From positions 620,001 through 684,000 of the forward strand of contig JALMLS010000577.1 of assembly GCA_038496445.1 (NCBI GenBank): DNA of 64,000 nt, read 5' to 3'. Source of the stretch: Trichosphaerium sp. ATCC 40318. Lineage: Eukaryota; Protista; Tubulinea. This document shows, piece after piece, positions 1-13,952 of the stretch. Numbering within the stretch: position 1 is the first letter of the stretch; every line of letters begins with the position of its first letter. Under the pieces are notes generated by a model that made no database searches, was not told where the DNA came from, and saw nothing but the letters and a program-made list of their open reading frames with translations. Both the position numbers and the translations under genes were made by a program.

Positions 1-34
1 TTTTTTCTATGTCCACTTTCTCAAACTGTACTAG

Positions 35-2779
35 GTTCTGGTATGAGAATCCGGATCAATTCACGACTGAAGAGATTAATACTATCTACGGAACAACATT
101 ACATGATCTTGTTACACGTAACTTTGATGTGAGTACAGAAGCATTCCCGTTATCTGGCTTCTTTACACTCAACAGACAGCTTGAAAACCTAGGTACCTGT
201 CTTCCGAAACTACATATCAATCTAACAAAGTTATGTAGCTTCTACAACCTTCTTTGAAGAGTTTCCTTCAAGTTTCGATGAAGTGATTGACTTGTCTTCG
301 TTGTATAGACTTGCATACAGGTAAGCTTGCTCGGAATCATAAATTCATTCTTATTTTTTTCTTTCTAAAGGATTGATGAGAATGAGTACGAACTTGAGAT
401 AATGCTTCAAACGAAAACGACCGGATGGGTTGGTATTGGTTTAGAACCATACGAAAACACAATGAAGGATGCAGGTACAAGATAAAAGTCAAAAAATGTA
501 TATTCACGTCTACTACTTGTAGATATTATTTTATGTCGCACCCTCGAGAACGGTACAGGAATATGCGATGATAGATATGCTGTTGATGTTGGAATACCAA
601 CACTTGATACAGGTAAGAGTCCTAGTGCCATGTAACACTTATATGTTGTTAGATCTTGGCGGATCAAATGATATTGTTATGATTTCTGGAAAAGTGGAGA
701 AAGGAAGATCGTACGTTTTGACAGTATTTGCTTGGAGTGTGTTTTACTTACAACGAATATTGTAGTTTGTACAGGTTTATAAGACCATTAAAAGCCACAG
801 ATGATAAACTAGATAAGTCAATAGATCCACGAGATATGAAAGTTATTTTTGCTTTTCACCCGACATCTTCTGATCTAAAATATCATGGACCGTCAAGGTC
901 AAGTTCTATAATGATTAACTTCCACGAAGGCAAGTAAAATCATTCCTAATAATTCAGTCACCAAAACCTTCTTGAGATTTTGTGTAGTACTGTAAAACAT
1001 GCAAGTATCTAACTTCTTTTTTTAGTTCTACTTTTAGATAAGGTTTCCCCTGCTATTGTATGGACTTCTGTAGTAGTAGCATCAGCAGGCGTTTTGCTAT
1101 GTATTTTCATCGCAATAACTATGGCTCTGTTTCCTAAATACTTTCACTACCAAGATCTCGTACGCGCTTTGTAAACAGAACCCTGTTTTTTTCCTTATTT
1201 TTTTGAACTAGGTCTTTTGTTCTATTATATTGATTGGCGTGGTTTTTGCCATGATGACTACTTTTATTGAACTTCCAGATCAATCTGAACTAACGTGCAC
1301 GATAATAACATGGTTTTTGGGATACGCCTTCGTTTGTGTCTTTGGGTACGATACTTTCCTTGTTGCCTTGTTTTCTGCTTCGCATTTTATTCTCACGTCA
1401 CATAGTTCTTTATTTGGACGTACATGGAGGATATGGCGTATAGTAAGCGGAGGAAAAAAAATCAAAGTAGTCAGGGTAACCAGGCTAGATGTTTTACAGG
1501 TACAATCATTCAACTATTTACGTAAGCTTGTTAAAAAACCAACTTTGTTCTTAGGTTATTGGAGCATTATTTGTTTTTGAGAGCATTTTCCTTATAATAT
1601 GGACCATAGTCGACCGTCCCACACCCACAAGAAGTACGATTAACTAGTTTTTATCACGTACAATGACCTCTCTGATAAAATATTTAGCTGGTAGTAAATC
1701 TATATGCATGAGTAGGTCTCTATGGTGGTGGGGATTTTTTACATTATATAAAGTCTTGTTTCTATTTATTGGAGTTGGCCTTGTACGCACCTCCCTCTTT
1801 TTGAGTTTCTAATGAATCTAATGATATAATATTAGGGTATTAAGACTAGGAAGTATGCCAAGGAATTCAATGACTCAAAGGAGATTGGATACTGTATTTT
1901 TGTTATCACGTTTACAATTATGATTGTTGGTCCTATTGGGTTTTTCCTTCGTGATATCATCTTTGCAGTATATTTGTGCTTATCACTAGGTACTAGCACT
2001 TGCTTGGGTTTTTTTAAGATTCATGCCTCTTATGTTTATTGTTTAGGTGTTTCTGTTCCGTTTATTCTAGCTACTGTTATACTGTTTGCGCCAACACTAC
2101 AAAGGTTCGTGTCTTTTTTTTTCCGAAAGTTGATGAGAAAAAACAATTCACTGCTTTGACTTAACTATTTCCTCATCTGCTTTTTTCACAACAACTACGA
2201 ACCTTAAGTGACAACTATTATCGTTGTCAAAGCATAAAATTGACGTGATTTAGAATCTACTTTACAAACAAACCTCCTGCGAAGTATAGAGGCGCTTCAT
2301 CATCTAGTGGTTCTGTATCTAAAACTTATGCTTCTACAATCGCCTTTCAATCAAAACAAATGTCACGTGAATCAGCTGGCAATAACGCTGCTCACTCTAT
2401 CGTTTTTATACATGACGAGGAATCCAATAGCGATGACGAACATAATTCTATTACATCATCAGTCACTTCAGTCAGTACCGAACTGAGTAGTGCTCCTACC
2501 GAGATGGAACCCTTAGAACCTAAATATAGAAGGACACGATCAAGAAAAAAGGCTAAACAAGAGACAACATCTAGACCAAGTAAACTTACAAAAACGAATA
2601 GTGTCAAAAGTACAAAGGTAAAGTCAAAGCTAACAAAACAAATGAGTGGTATAAAACAACTTAAAAAAACAAAGAGTGTAAAGAGTACAAAGCCAAAGAG
2701 ATCTAAAAAAACAAAGAAGGAGGTTAATATTAAGAATATTGAAACTCCAGAACCAGAGCACTCAGGAGAAGATGTATAG
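35..2779 (+). CDS. 5'-truncated multi-exon gene: C-terminal end of an animal-type heme peroxidase domain + DOMON domain + class C (7tm_3, GABA-B/Grl-like) 7TM domain + Ser/Lys-rich tail
   Basis: Exon at ~35-193 reads FWYENPDQFTTEEINTIYGTTLHDLVTRN (peroxidase/DUOX C-terminal signature). DOMON: TGWVGIGL..NTMKDADII..DDRY...LKYHGP. 7TM: LFGRTWRIWRI, LIIWTIVD, KTRKYAKEFNDSKEIGYCI. Exons are joined by GT-AG introns; stop at 2779. Confidence 0.75.
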
Positions 2780-2987
2780 TAAACGGTTGACAATTTTAGA
2801 CATGTAATAGTAAATATTGTATATACACTCTTGTTACTTGCTTTCAGCTACAGTAATCTGTACTTGAATTCTCTCTTTCAAATTCTAGTTCATGTACTCC
2901 TACTTCTACTTTACAAAGTACTATAAATGTTTGACTTGATACATAAATTTACATCTATACTTTGCAAGCAGTTTATTGAAATACATT

Positions 2988-4923
2988 TTATGATTCTTCA
3001 TTCACCCATGCCTTGATGTATTTGAATACAGATTCTCTTGCGCGTATAAGAGACTCAGAATCCGTTGGAGAGGAAGGAAATATTGTGCAGCCATGGCCGT
3101 ATGGTGGATCAACCTAAAAAATTATCAATTAGATGCATGTTCTCAAACAAAGAGAAAAAAAAAGAATCACGTGCAACAATAGATGGCATTGTATCAGAAA
3201 GAGACTCTAAAATATTCCACGCAGCAACTGGGTCATCATATCCATTTGTGAATACAGTATTTGAGCTCTTTATATTGCGTCCACCATACCTTGCACCTTT
3301 TACAGTCAATGTGAGATCAGAAGTCGGTATCTTATTGTAAGTACCTATAGTCCAGTTTGTGTTTGGACGTGGCATTTCTGTCTTTGGAAGCTCTGGGAAT
3401 AGTTGATAGCACCAGTTCTAATGAATTATTTAATAAACTGTGAATGGGTATTGCATGGTAACGTACTTCCCATACTTTCAGATTAAACTCTTGAGGCCAC
3501 ACAGAATCTTGAGGAGATGTGAAAAAAACAGGAATTTCTGTGCACATCTGAAACCACCATGCTCTTTTTTGAGGTAAGTTTGTTTCAAAGCTAACTTAAA
3601 GTTGTTTCTTTCGAGAAATTGTGGACTAAGAGGATGTTGTACCTAGATGAAACTGCTAAGCCGTTTGGATTTGGTTCAAAGCTTTGAAGAGAAGATAAGA
3701 ATCCGTGTATAATATCAGGTGACCACTGAAAGAATATGTTACTTCTTGTTAGTACCAAGAATGCTTCAAACGGATCATCTTGGTATTCCGCAAATGTAGT
3801 ACAGAGTCCAGAAATATTACTGTACTGGACTGGTATAACAACAATCAACAAAGAGAGCAAGTATAGGTTAGGTAAGTCCGCTTCAGATATAACTGTACTT
3901 TGCTGTAATCTCATGGTGAGTTCTTGCCTCCCTACAAAAATATGGGTTCAGTACAAGCAAAACATACTTGGATAGCAGATTGATGTCAATGTTCGTACCA
4001 GCGTCAGTTTGTGAGAGTTTGCTAATGTTAGAAACAACTGACATTACACCATCGTAGCACCTAGGGTACTGTTGTTTGAGTACCATGGCATAACGATCGA
4101 GATACAGAAAGCCTTTTTTGGAAAAGGAGGTTATTACAATTAAAATGTCTGTACTGTAAACGATGTACCGTTTGTTGTAGTTATCCCAATGGGTGCCGAA
4201 GAAGCCCAACTAGCCTTAACGATGTGTGGATACTTCAACCTCATCCATGCCGATAACATGCCTTAGCGTTAGTTAGAACTTGGCAAAAAAAACGAGAAAA
4301 TTATTGGTGCACCTGGGTAGCTCCCACCTACTGTGATAACAGGGCAATCGCCAGAGCAATACATTTTTGTAAAATCGACTATAATTTTAATGGTATCTTC
4401 TACATAAAGTTCGTTAACATCTTCAAGTTGTCTCCCCAACAACCCATTGTCTCTTTGACGTACCAAGAGCTTGTTCTGCTGATAGATACACCAAGTTCTT
4501 TGTCTCTAGTGTATTTACAGGAAAGCTTTCTCCGTAGTATCTGTGCTCACGTGCTTTGGCGACAATAAGTTTAAAAATCACGTGTATCGAAGTGACAGTT
4601 CGTAACGTACCAATCAAAAGCGCTTTTAGCTCTTTTGCTAAAGCAACGAATTGATACGGCGCGCTTAGCGTAGTATTAGCCATTGGTGCTTCTCCTGGCA
4701 TGTATACTATCATTGGACCACCAGGTTGATAGTAATCGGTTGTAACGAGAACTTTTTGTTGAAACGTTTCCGTGTTTAGAGGATCAAAGTGGTCTGTTGT
4801 TTGTTTGTAGTAAATGATGTCTACGTTATTAGATAAAACTTCTCCTATTGGCACATCATGTAACAATACAGCAGTAGTCAGACTTATACACATCAGTGCT
4901 ACGGTTGTTACTAGTAATTGCAT
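2988..4923 (-). CDS. Secreted serine carboxypeptidase, family S28 (PRCP/PRSS16-like)
   Basis: Signal peptide MQLLVTTVALMCISLTTA; QTTDHF; EHRYYGES; LSAEQAL; nucleophile motif GGSYPG; WWFQMCTE; FTNGYDDP; multi-exon. Confidence 0.9.
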
Positions 4924-5512
4924 CTTTGTCACCGTGTTGTACTTTAGATGTCAACGATGATATTTTGCGATGAAAGCTGTTGACTACTATTAAGAAAACA
5001 ATATTTAGAGAATTCAGCGAAGACAATACAAAAGATTGAAACGAAAAAAGAGGTGTGCTAGATCCAGAAAATAACGGAAAGGATAGTAGAAAAGATAGAC
5101 AACAAGAGAAAAAGGAGAGATGACGGATGCCGGAATATTATCCATAGAGCCGACTTGAAAATCAAGGCAGTTTTGCTTATTTATCAAAGAAGGATTGTAT
5201 GAAAGAAGTTCCACTTGTGCAACTCACATTTTTCTAGAAACGTACCACAATAGACCAGTGTAACAGATTATTGAGAGCTCAAGCAAGACGGGTACCACCC
5301 AAGAATAACTTGAAATCGAAATCAATATTAAAACCCAAAACCAAATTGGTTTAATCTGGCAACTTCAACTGAATTATATCATAGGGAAAATTGCTTCGCA
5401 ACTTGTAAAAAAACCCACAAATTTTTCATAGTATTAACTATTTATTTCAAACTCCTTCATTTGCACTGTAACTGTCCACGTGTTTTGGTTTTTCATACAA
5501 CAACGCAATAAC

Positions 5513-7517
5513 TCAGAACATTATACCAGCAGTAAGCCTACGTGTGAATAGTGGCAAATCTCTAGCCAATGCCCTTTTATATCGGTTTGTAAACATGAAA
5601 AAAACTAAGTTGATTGTACAAGAAGAGTACTGTTTTGTTTTGTGATTTCTCACTTCTTGAAGCTCTTTGCCCACATTTCTACATTACGCCAAACATGCTC
5701 TCCTGGTGGAGGAAGTTCTACCATTTCGAATATAGCACGCAAGGATTCTATAGGTTAAGTATTAACAAAGATTACACAAAGAAAAAAAATAGAGAATTAG
5801 TTGTTAACAATGTATTGTACCCCAGTAAGTATCCTTAGTCTTCTTTTTGCTGTGCAATAGCTTATAATAAATAGGTTCCCATAAAGCATCATCTTTCACA
5901 ACAATAGAAAATTGCCTTAACAAGCATTAGTAAGCAAAAGCGAAAATCAAGCCAAAAAAAAAACAAAAATAAGGGCCTTTAAAGCAAGATGGTAAGAACT
6001 AAAGCGAAAAAAAGCGTACTTGCAAGTCAGTGAAATGCAGAAATATTCAGACTTAGTCTATAAACATTATTAAAACAAGCTATAAAACACAAAAGCACAA
6101 AATTCAATAAAAAGAAAAAAAAAAAGAAGGAACATACAAGGTTGGAGAAGATGTTCATCCATATTTCATCAGGGACCTTGGTTGCAAAGCATGATGTAAT
6201 TTCTTGTTTATATAGTACACCTACAATCTCATCCTTAAGATTTGTACCTCCAAACATGAACCACAAACTAAACAAGTTAATACATTAGAAGAAAAAAAAA
6301 CGCAAAGACAAGAAGAACTTACTTGTCACCAGTTACAACACTATGATACGCAATTGGCTTTGGTACATCTCCTTGCACACTGACACATTCCCAAGAAGCA
6401 TTATCTATAAACAACAAAACAATTAGCTCGCCTGTGATATAAACTTCAAGAAGACGTACCCAAGTCAAACGCCCACAAGTCATCGAAATCCTTCTCTTGT
6501 TTACCTTTCCTCAAACCACCAAAAACATAGAATTTGCTCTCAGTGATCCAAGACGCATGAGCGCTACGTGCAATAGGTAGTTTATTCTTAGGTTTATCTG
6601 TTTGAGGGCTAACGCATTCCCATGTTTTCGCCTCTACAAAGAACTATAAGCATTTTTTTTCATGTTTGCTTTAAAAGTACGTACTAGTGTCATACACGTG
6701 AATATCATTGTAGTATGTGCCTGAAGTACCTCCTTTACCGCCAAATACATAAATACATGATCCACATGCAACCATTGTATGTAATTGACGAGCAGGAGGT
6801 CCTTCTTTAAGCTTTCTCCACGTGTTTTTTTCTACACAAAAAAAAAACGTTAGATGAAACAAAACCCGTTGAGAGATTAACAGCATCCCTTTTATGGTTG
6901 TCAGTGACCTTACGTACTTGAATTAAAGCGCCAAAAGTCTTTTTGCGTATCTCCGTCGGAATCGTAGCCGCCAAAGACGTACATGTATGATCCTACAACA
7001 CATGCAGTATGGCCATATCGCGGAGATGGTTTTGGGTCTGCAACTTCGACTTCTGTCCATTTGCCTTTTTTGTTTTAGTTTTATTTTGTGTAAAGTATCG
7101 TTTAGGCTGACGCACCTCCTGAGTACGTATGTACATCATTCATATAGCTATTTGCGCGACCTCCGAATAAAACGATAGAATCGCCTATTACTACTGCAGT
7201 GCAGAGTGTGCGCTTAGGGTAGTCTTTTGACGACGCTTTAACAAAAGATTTTTTGTCTAGTGTTAATTTAGCGTTGTTTTGGTTTTCTAACAAGTACCTA
7301 GATCGTACACCACCATGCTAGATGCTGTGTCATCCTTATTACGGCCGCCAACGAAATAAATCTTGTTGTTCAATAGAACGCCTTGTATTTTTAGTTTTTA
7401 CCACATAATAAGGTGTTTACCTGCGCTTCCAGCAACAGCGCGTTTTGGTACATCACCAACGATAGCAAATTTAACTGACGATGTTCTTGGTGTCTCTGTC
7501 TTACGGAATAGCCTCAT
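5513..7517 (-). CDS. Kelch-repeat protein with C-terminal F-box
   Basis: Several Kelch repeats (IVLFGG, MYVFGG, IYVFGG, FYVFGG, MFGG) followed by FATKVPDEIWMNIFSNL...CK..DDALW. The end coordinate is approximate. Confidence 0.75.
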
Positions 7518-7804
7518 TATTACCTGTGGTTAATGACAACCGAATCGTTGATTAGCCGAAGAAGCAAAAAACTTAACCAAAACTGTAATTAAGCCATATC
7601 GTATTGAAAACACAGATCTTGTGCCGAAAATGACAGTAGAAGGAGCTTTTGTATTTGGAAGTCTAGCTTACAGCTACGCCAAAACGCGGTAAAGCCAGCT
7701 TCCTTACAATTGTAACGTACATTAACAAATGTTCAGATTTTTATTCTTTGACACCTTATGGTTTGTTTTTTTTTCTTGATACAAATATACAGTTTTTTTT
7801 TTCA

Positions 7805-9999
7805 TTACACTTCAGTAATGTTGTTCTTGTTTCTTCTCTTTTTTCTTCTTGCACTCTTTTTAGGTTTAGGAGCTTCCATTGCTTCTAATTCACGTGTTGA
7901 CGCGAGCATAGGTTTACCCTCAGCAATAGCGCTCAAAGAAGATCTGTTTGTTTTCTTTTCCATCTCGCTAGCTGCTATAGACGAAGGTTCTGTATCAATA
8001 GAATCTTCCATACTTGAGTCATCCTCGTTAGATGATTCTAAGGGGAAAAGTGTTAACACTCGTAACTAAAATACAAACGGGTGGTCGTACCAGATTCTCC
8101 CATGTTTAATATGAATGAATTGTGGTTTGCAACGACGTCGTCGTTTTTAGCTCTACCCTTGTCGTCATATTCATCATCTGTAGCTGTGCGACTCTTTGCA
8201 GTAGAACTACTTGCTCTAGAATAAAGTAAGAACAACCTCAAACTACAGCATAGAAACTGATTGAAAAAGAGAAAACGTACCTCTTTGCTTGACCTTCCAA
8301 TTGCCAGAATAGTTTGAGAATTGGCCATGCAATGTATATAAGTGTTACACATGCCGTTATTTCGAGCATAAGAGCAATAAACGCGATTATGAAGTCTCTG
8401 ATATTAGTGACTAAATGTTTTCTTTGAATTCTTTGTTCTTCTTGACTAAAAACATGATTAGTTTCTTCACTTTCATCAAGTGCATCGACACAAAAAACGT
8501 ACAATAATTGTTCTCTAAAGGGAATCAAAGATCTAGTGATAATTGTCATGTTACCATACCAATACTCAGAATTCACTGGAAAGGCGTTTGTGTCACTGAA
8601 CTGGTCTTTACGCTGTGACATTGTCAGTAAGGAAGTTGCTGTTGAAAAAAAAAATTACGTACAAACACAGCCAGTCGTCTCCACTCATCAGTTATTGTAA
8701 TAGCTTCAAGGACGTCAGGAGATGCCTAAAAACAATAAGATACATCAACGTGTTCTAAACTACCAATACTTCATTAAATCTATCTCTAAATTCTCCTTTC
8801 AAAACAATCTACAACATGTTAGACAACAACAATACGTCAAACAACAATTTTTTCTTTGTCTTATAAAAATCTGTTTAATAACTTACTTCTAACTCATGCC
8901 TAGTAGAGTCTTTTTGGCTTAACTTATCGGTTAATGAAAGATACTCATCAATATCCTCAAAATATCCTAAATAATAACAACTTCAGAAAAAACAGGTCGA
9001 TGTACTGTTACTGTTGGGAATATTTTCCGAACATACCTCTGGTGAAAACTACTCCAAGAATACCCCTTTCTTCACTCTCATACTCTGTAAACTAAATGAA
9101 ATTCATAAGAAACGAGTAATTTGTAAAGAATAAGCACTCACCAAAGCTTCACGTATAACACCATACAAAGCACGAGATGTATCAGCGTATTCGGAGAAAC
9201 TTTCTTCAAGTACAAAGTCGAAAATGATTCTGTTAAGTACATTATACCAGTCAAGAGACTGGGTAAAAGAAACAGAGAGATTGTCAACCTAATATGTCGT
9301 CATCAGCACAAAGCAAATAAGGAAAAAGAAAACTCATGGGTTTTTTTTGGAAAACTGTATTTTTTTGTACCTTAGATCTTTCTACAGGTATACCATCTGC
9401 ATACAATATAGCTTGATTTAATACATCAAAACTCACTATAGTTTTAGCAACAATATCCCGGAGCTCCTTCATCTTCTCATCAACTCTAAGCCTCGCCTCC
9501 CCTTAAAGAAACAAAATGTTAGCTGTTTAGTCGTCAATAGGAAAAATCGAAACGAGAACTGTTACGATTATCAGAAAACTAATTTCTCCGTCGGAGTGGT
9601 ATCCTAAACTTAGTAATTGACCAAGAGACACTTACTCATTTCGTTAGCTTCTAGGGTACCACCAGAGGTTACAAAAATTGAAGACAAATCACGCTCTTCG
9701 CCAATAACGTCAGCGAATTCTATTGAGACTTTTACGAGTTTTACACGAGCGTCGAACTCTCTATACTGGTGTAGTTGAATACAAATCAGCAGAAAAAAAT
9801 AGAAGAAGGAAAGAGCTGATAATACGCCTAACTCGTGTTAGTGCATGTTTAGACGTTTTTAGGGGTGTTTCAAGTGTGTATGAGCCTTACCGATCAATGC
9901 TCTTGTAAATCCATTACGTAGACTTCTACGCACTGCTATTTGACTCTTATTACGCGCTGGAATACAACCGCATAGAAGTAACCATTGATGACAAGCCAT
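7805..9999 (-). CDS. Two-TM membrane protein with NIT (nitrate/nitrite-sensing) domain and low-complexity cytoplasmic tail
   Basis: Spliced translation gives TM1 (ALIGVLSALSFFYFFLLICI); EERDLSSIFVTSGG..EMREARLRVD; RSKVDNLSVS..DWYNVL; TEYESEERGILGVVFTRG; YWYGNMT; TM2 (IIAFIALMLEITACVTLIYIAWPIL). This matches my recollection of the duplicated ER motifs of NIT domains. Confidence 0.7.
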
Positions 10000-10419
10000 G
10001 TTGTTGCAGTTGCGCTTGAATTTCAAAATGCTAAAAACTGTGGAACTTTCTGCACTTGTAATTCTCCTCACTCAAAAAACACAAGCCTATAGAATCGTAT
10101 TACTGGAGTAGAAAGTCGTTTTGAATCGATAGCAAGTTTTCCACTCCCAAAACAGTATAAAACCATGGAAAGTGTTTATACGGCGATACATAGTCCTAAT
10201 TTCCGCATAGCTAGTGTTTTAACGCAACTTTTTCCGGAGAAATTATGACTTACGAGTCTGCAGGTGTCAAGCACTTCACAACAGCCTTTCGTTACAAATA
10301 CTGCAATCTCTCGGACTTACTGCTGTACAATAACCCATGGTCCGTTGCATCGTTTTCAAGCAAACAGGAGTCAAATACGTTTTCGACTTCATAGGTTGTC
10401 AGTTTTTTTTTTGTTTTAT

Positions 10420-13400
10420 TTACATTTTTACATCCTCCATCGCTGCTTCTTCATCACTATCAGGAATAATGATATCAGCGTCTTGCAATGATAGTATTGG
10501 CATATCTTCATTAACAGATAAAGGTCCTGAAGATAGCCGTTGGCGCTTAGAGCCAAAACCAAGTCGAGAAAAATTTGGTTTTGCAGGCCTACACAAAAGA
10601 AACTTAACGCAAGAAAAAAAACCAAATGAACTGACATTTGTTAAAACTAAGTGTTTTATTATTAGCCGAAAAGAAAACTCCATTAAAAAATAAAATACTA
10701 AAAATAGTCAAAAAGATAAGATAAAACGGCGTACGATATGGACTCATCATCAGAGTCTTCTATTGGTTCAAGTTCGTCTAAATCTTCAACACTTGTTTCA
10801 TCTTGTCTTTTTCGTTTATACCATGAGTTACCGTTATTGGTATCATTCATCCAAGGCCGTTTAAGCGAAAGCCTCCCAGTTCTCAAGAAAGGGCTTCTGA
10901 ATTGAGACCCTGAAGTAAAAAATCAGTTTGAGAAAAAATAGCCAAGAAAAACAGGTATTAAATACTTGTCTTCTTTCGCAAAGTATGTACCTGATATAGG
11001 ACTAGGTGTTGACGCTGAATAGAATTTATTCAGGTTAGACGTAGACTTCCTCAACAAAGGAGTTGTAGGCGATATGCCAACACAAGAAGGAATCGGGGAA
11101 TCCAAACTACCAAAGCTTCTACTCAGAGGCTCTTGAGGAACAACATCGAGCCTGTAGTTACGTTAATAACATACTCACTAATTATACGTACGTAGGAGAA
11201 GGTAATGATGATGTACTACGAGCCAAGAATGATGTGTCAAGTTGTACAGTTTCTTTTGAAATCGTTTGAACAACTTTCTGGTTTTCTCCAGAGTTTGATT
11301 TTTCTTCAGCATACAACGCGCTCTCAAGCTCAGACGATAATGCCCTCGCTAGTGGTTTAGATCCTTTGCGCTCTGTATCATCCGAAGACTTGGCAAAGTA
11401 CTTGCTTCGATAGATTACGCGTTTGTGAGGCGAAGGTGTGCTAGGAGCAAGCACGGTAGCTGTGGAGCGTCTATTCTTTGTGGCATTTGCAATTAAATCC
11501 TTAAGCAGAGGCGCTGTTCGTCGTTTGGTTGGACTTGATTTAGAGTTACCATTTGGTACTGCTTTGGATATATTTGGTTCTGGCGTTTGTTGTGGTATTG
11601 TAAAACCTGGTCTAGGTGCGTTTTGAACGTGTGCAAATCCATTTATGTAATTAAGTTTGGGTCTTGAACGCAACTTAAGTGGTCTTGCAAGCTTTTGTGG
11701 CTGATAAAAAAAAACGTTTTAATGTAATGCGTAGTAATACTTTTGTAGCGTACCTTTTTACTATTTTCTATTTTTTTTGTCTTCCTTGGAGGATTAAATG
11801 GCTTTACAACTGATTTTGAAGGTTATTAGGCTGTTAAGGAAGTGACAAAAAAATAAACAAAATAAAAACTGAACATTAATTTTGCGGATACTAAAGTAGT
11901 TTGTAACAGAATTCTGTTGGACTGGTATCCCTCCTGATAACCTCAAAGATCGATTCGTTCTTCCGATATATCGCTTAGGTTCCGCTGGGGATTGATTATT
12001 ACCAACAATCTCGTCATACTCACTTTCAGCTGTTGCCTATTTAAGACCTTTAAAAACGTGCCAAATTAAAACCTTATTCATGCATACCTCAAAACATTGT
12101 TTGGTAAAAGGATCCAAGACGCCTTTTCTACATAATTTTAATGCTATATCAGGTGCCAGTGGACTACCAAGAAAATTCAAGGCATCAATATTGAGATTTC
12201 GTGGTAGAGGCCTAAAATGTAAACAAATTAGTTTACAGGCCAAGCAAGTCATGTTTAATTTGACTATTGCACAACAATAGTCAAGAATTGCTGTAAAATT
12301 TTACACACCTTAAAGGAATGACTGTGTTTGTTTTAGGATCAAAAACACGTTGATGTTTAAACGTAAGTTCGGCTTTTTGAAACCGCTCTTCATAGTCATC
12401 AGGTACTGTAAAAGTGCCTCTGAGTACTTTAAACACCTGTATAAATAATTGAATAGATAGTTAAATAAATAAAAAGAGTAAAAAGTGGATTTGATGCAAC
12501 AGTGTTAGTGCAACAAAAAATAAGAAAAAAATAGGAACAAAAGTGTCACAAAATCATTTTGACACGAAAATGTACGCACCCTGTTCATTTCTTTGTACTT
12601 TGATATGTACGTATAAGCTTTTTTTATACCAACCCCACATATATTAGGCAAGTAATCACATCCAGCCAGTATACACATATGACGTATCATTGAAAAATTA
12701 AAGTGCTTCAAACCAGGTAATTCTGTACAGTTACACAAACTTTCACGTTTAATTTCTTGACCATTACCCTGCTTATCGAGCTTAAATATTACCTAAAAAT
12801 TCCATTAAACAACAAATAAATATAAATAAAATTACAGTGCAACAGTCAGTACTCAATTACAGTATGTAAACGCACGAGAAAAGAAGTAAGGCTCAATTCA
12901 ATATTGCAAAAAAAAAGAAGTTTTTTTTTCATCAGGTTTTCTTTTGCGTACACGTTTAGCGCCATAGGCTATCAAATCAGAGTCTTCTGTAATGATAGCG
13001 CTCACATAATTTGTCAAAGACAAAAAAGCGAGTTGTGCATCAGCTTCATAAGGTGCGACGAAATACTCGATACCGTGTTTCTGAAGTACCTAGTGTAAGT
13101 GTTAGAAGGCTTGATTGTCACTTGAGAACAATTTGTTTGGGTTTTTGTAAAAATAATAAGACGTTAGCCAATAGCGATGTCGTACCTTTATAAGGTTGTA
13201 TGCTAACAAAGGCGTTATGTTTACAGCCTTTGAAAAATATTCGCGGGCTTTGGCACGCTGGCCTTTTTGTAGATAGTTAATGGCTTGCTGTTTAGCCTGT
13301 TCGCGTCGCCTGGTATGGTTGGTAAACCGTGAATTACACGTTTTCGTTTACAACTTACTCTCTTCTATGTATTTCTTCTCCGCTCTTCGCTGGAAGTGCT

Positions 13401-13720
13401 CCACCATCGAATATAAGCACTGGTTTTATTTTATACTTTACCAACATGTTTACGAAATCCATGCAGTACGAAATATACCTACAATGCGTCAATTATATTG
13501 ACACCAATGTATTGTACCCTGCTGTCGGTGTTCCAGTTACCAAATCTTGACAGCAACCGTATGCGCCCTTATGTAGCCAAACGTACGCATCAATAGCTAC
13601 TTTTTGACCTGCTAACTCGCGAATGTGGCCTTACCGATAGTTAGGTTGGTTGGAAGCAGTATTTTGATTACATTCGCGCGTAACTGATTTCAGCTGTGGC
13701 AATAAACCAGTTATACCCAT
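10420..13720 (-). CDS. EXO1: Exonuclease 1 (XPG/Rad2 family)
   Basis: [11 protein letters not shown]; [16 protein letters not shown]; [11 protein letters not shown]; [11 protein letters not shown]; [18 protein letters not shown]; FKHQRVFDP; MIP-box-like RSKYF in the long disordered C-terminus. Confidence 0.92.
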
Positions 13721-13952
13721 TCGAAGCCGTTTATGAACTAAACGCTGCCATGATTTTAAACATACTCAGAAATGATTTTAGCGCTTTAAGTAGTCAACAC
13801 ATTTTAGATTTTGACAACGTAATAACGTTTGATGTACGTAGCAGCACGATTTAGTCGCATTGCCTTTGATCAAAAAACTGTATAGCCATATGGTGTTTAT
13901 ATTACTCGCATCGTTGTTGGACAGTGTACAATGAAGCGCGTAGTACATTGAA

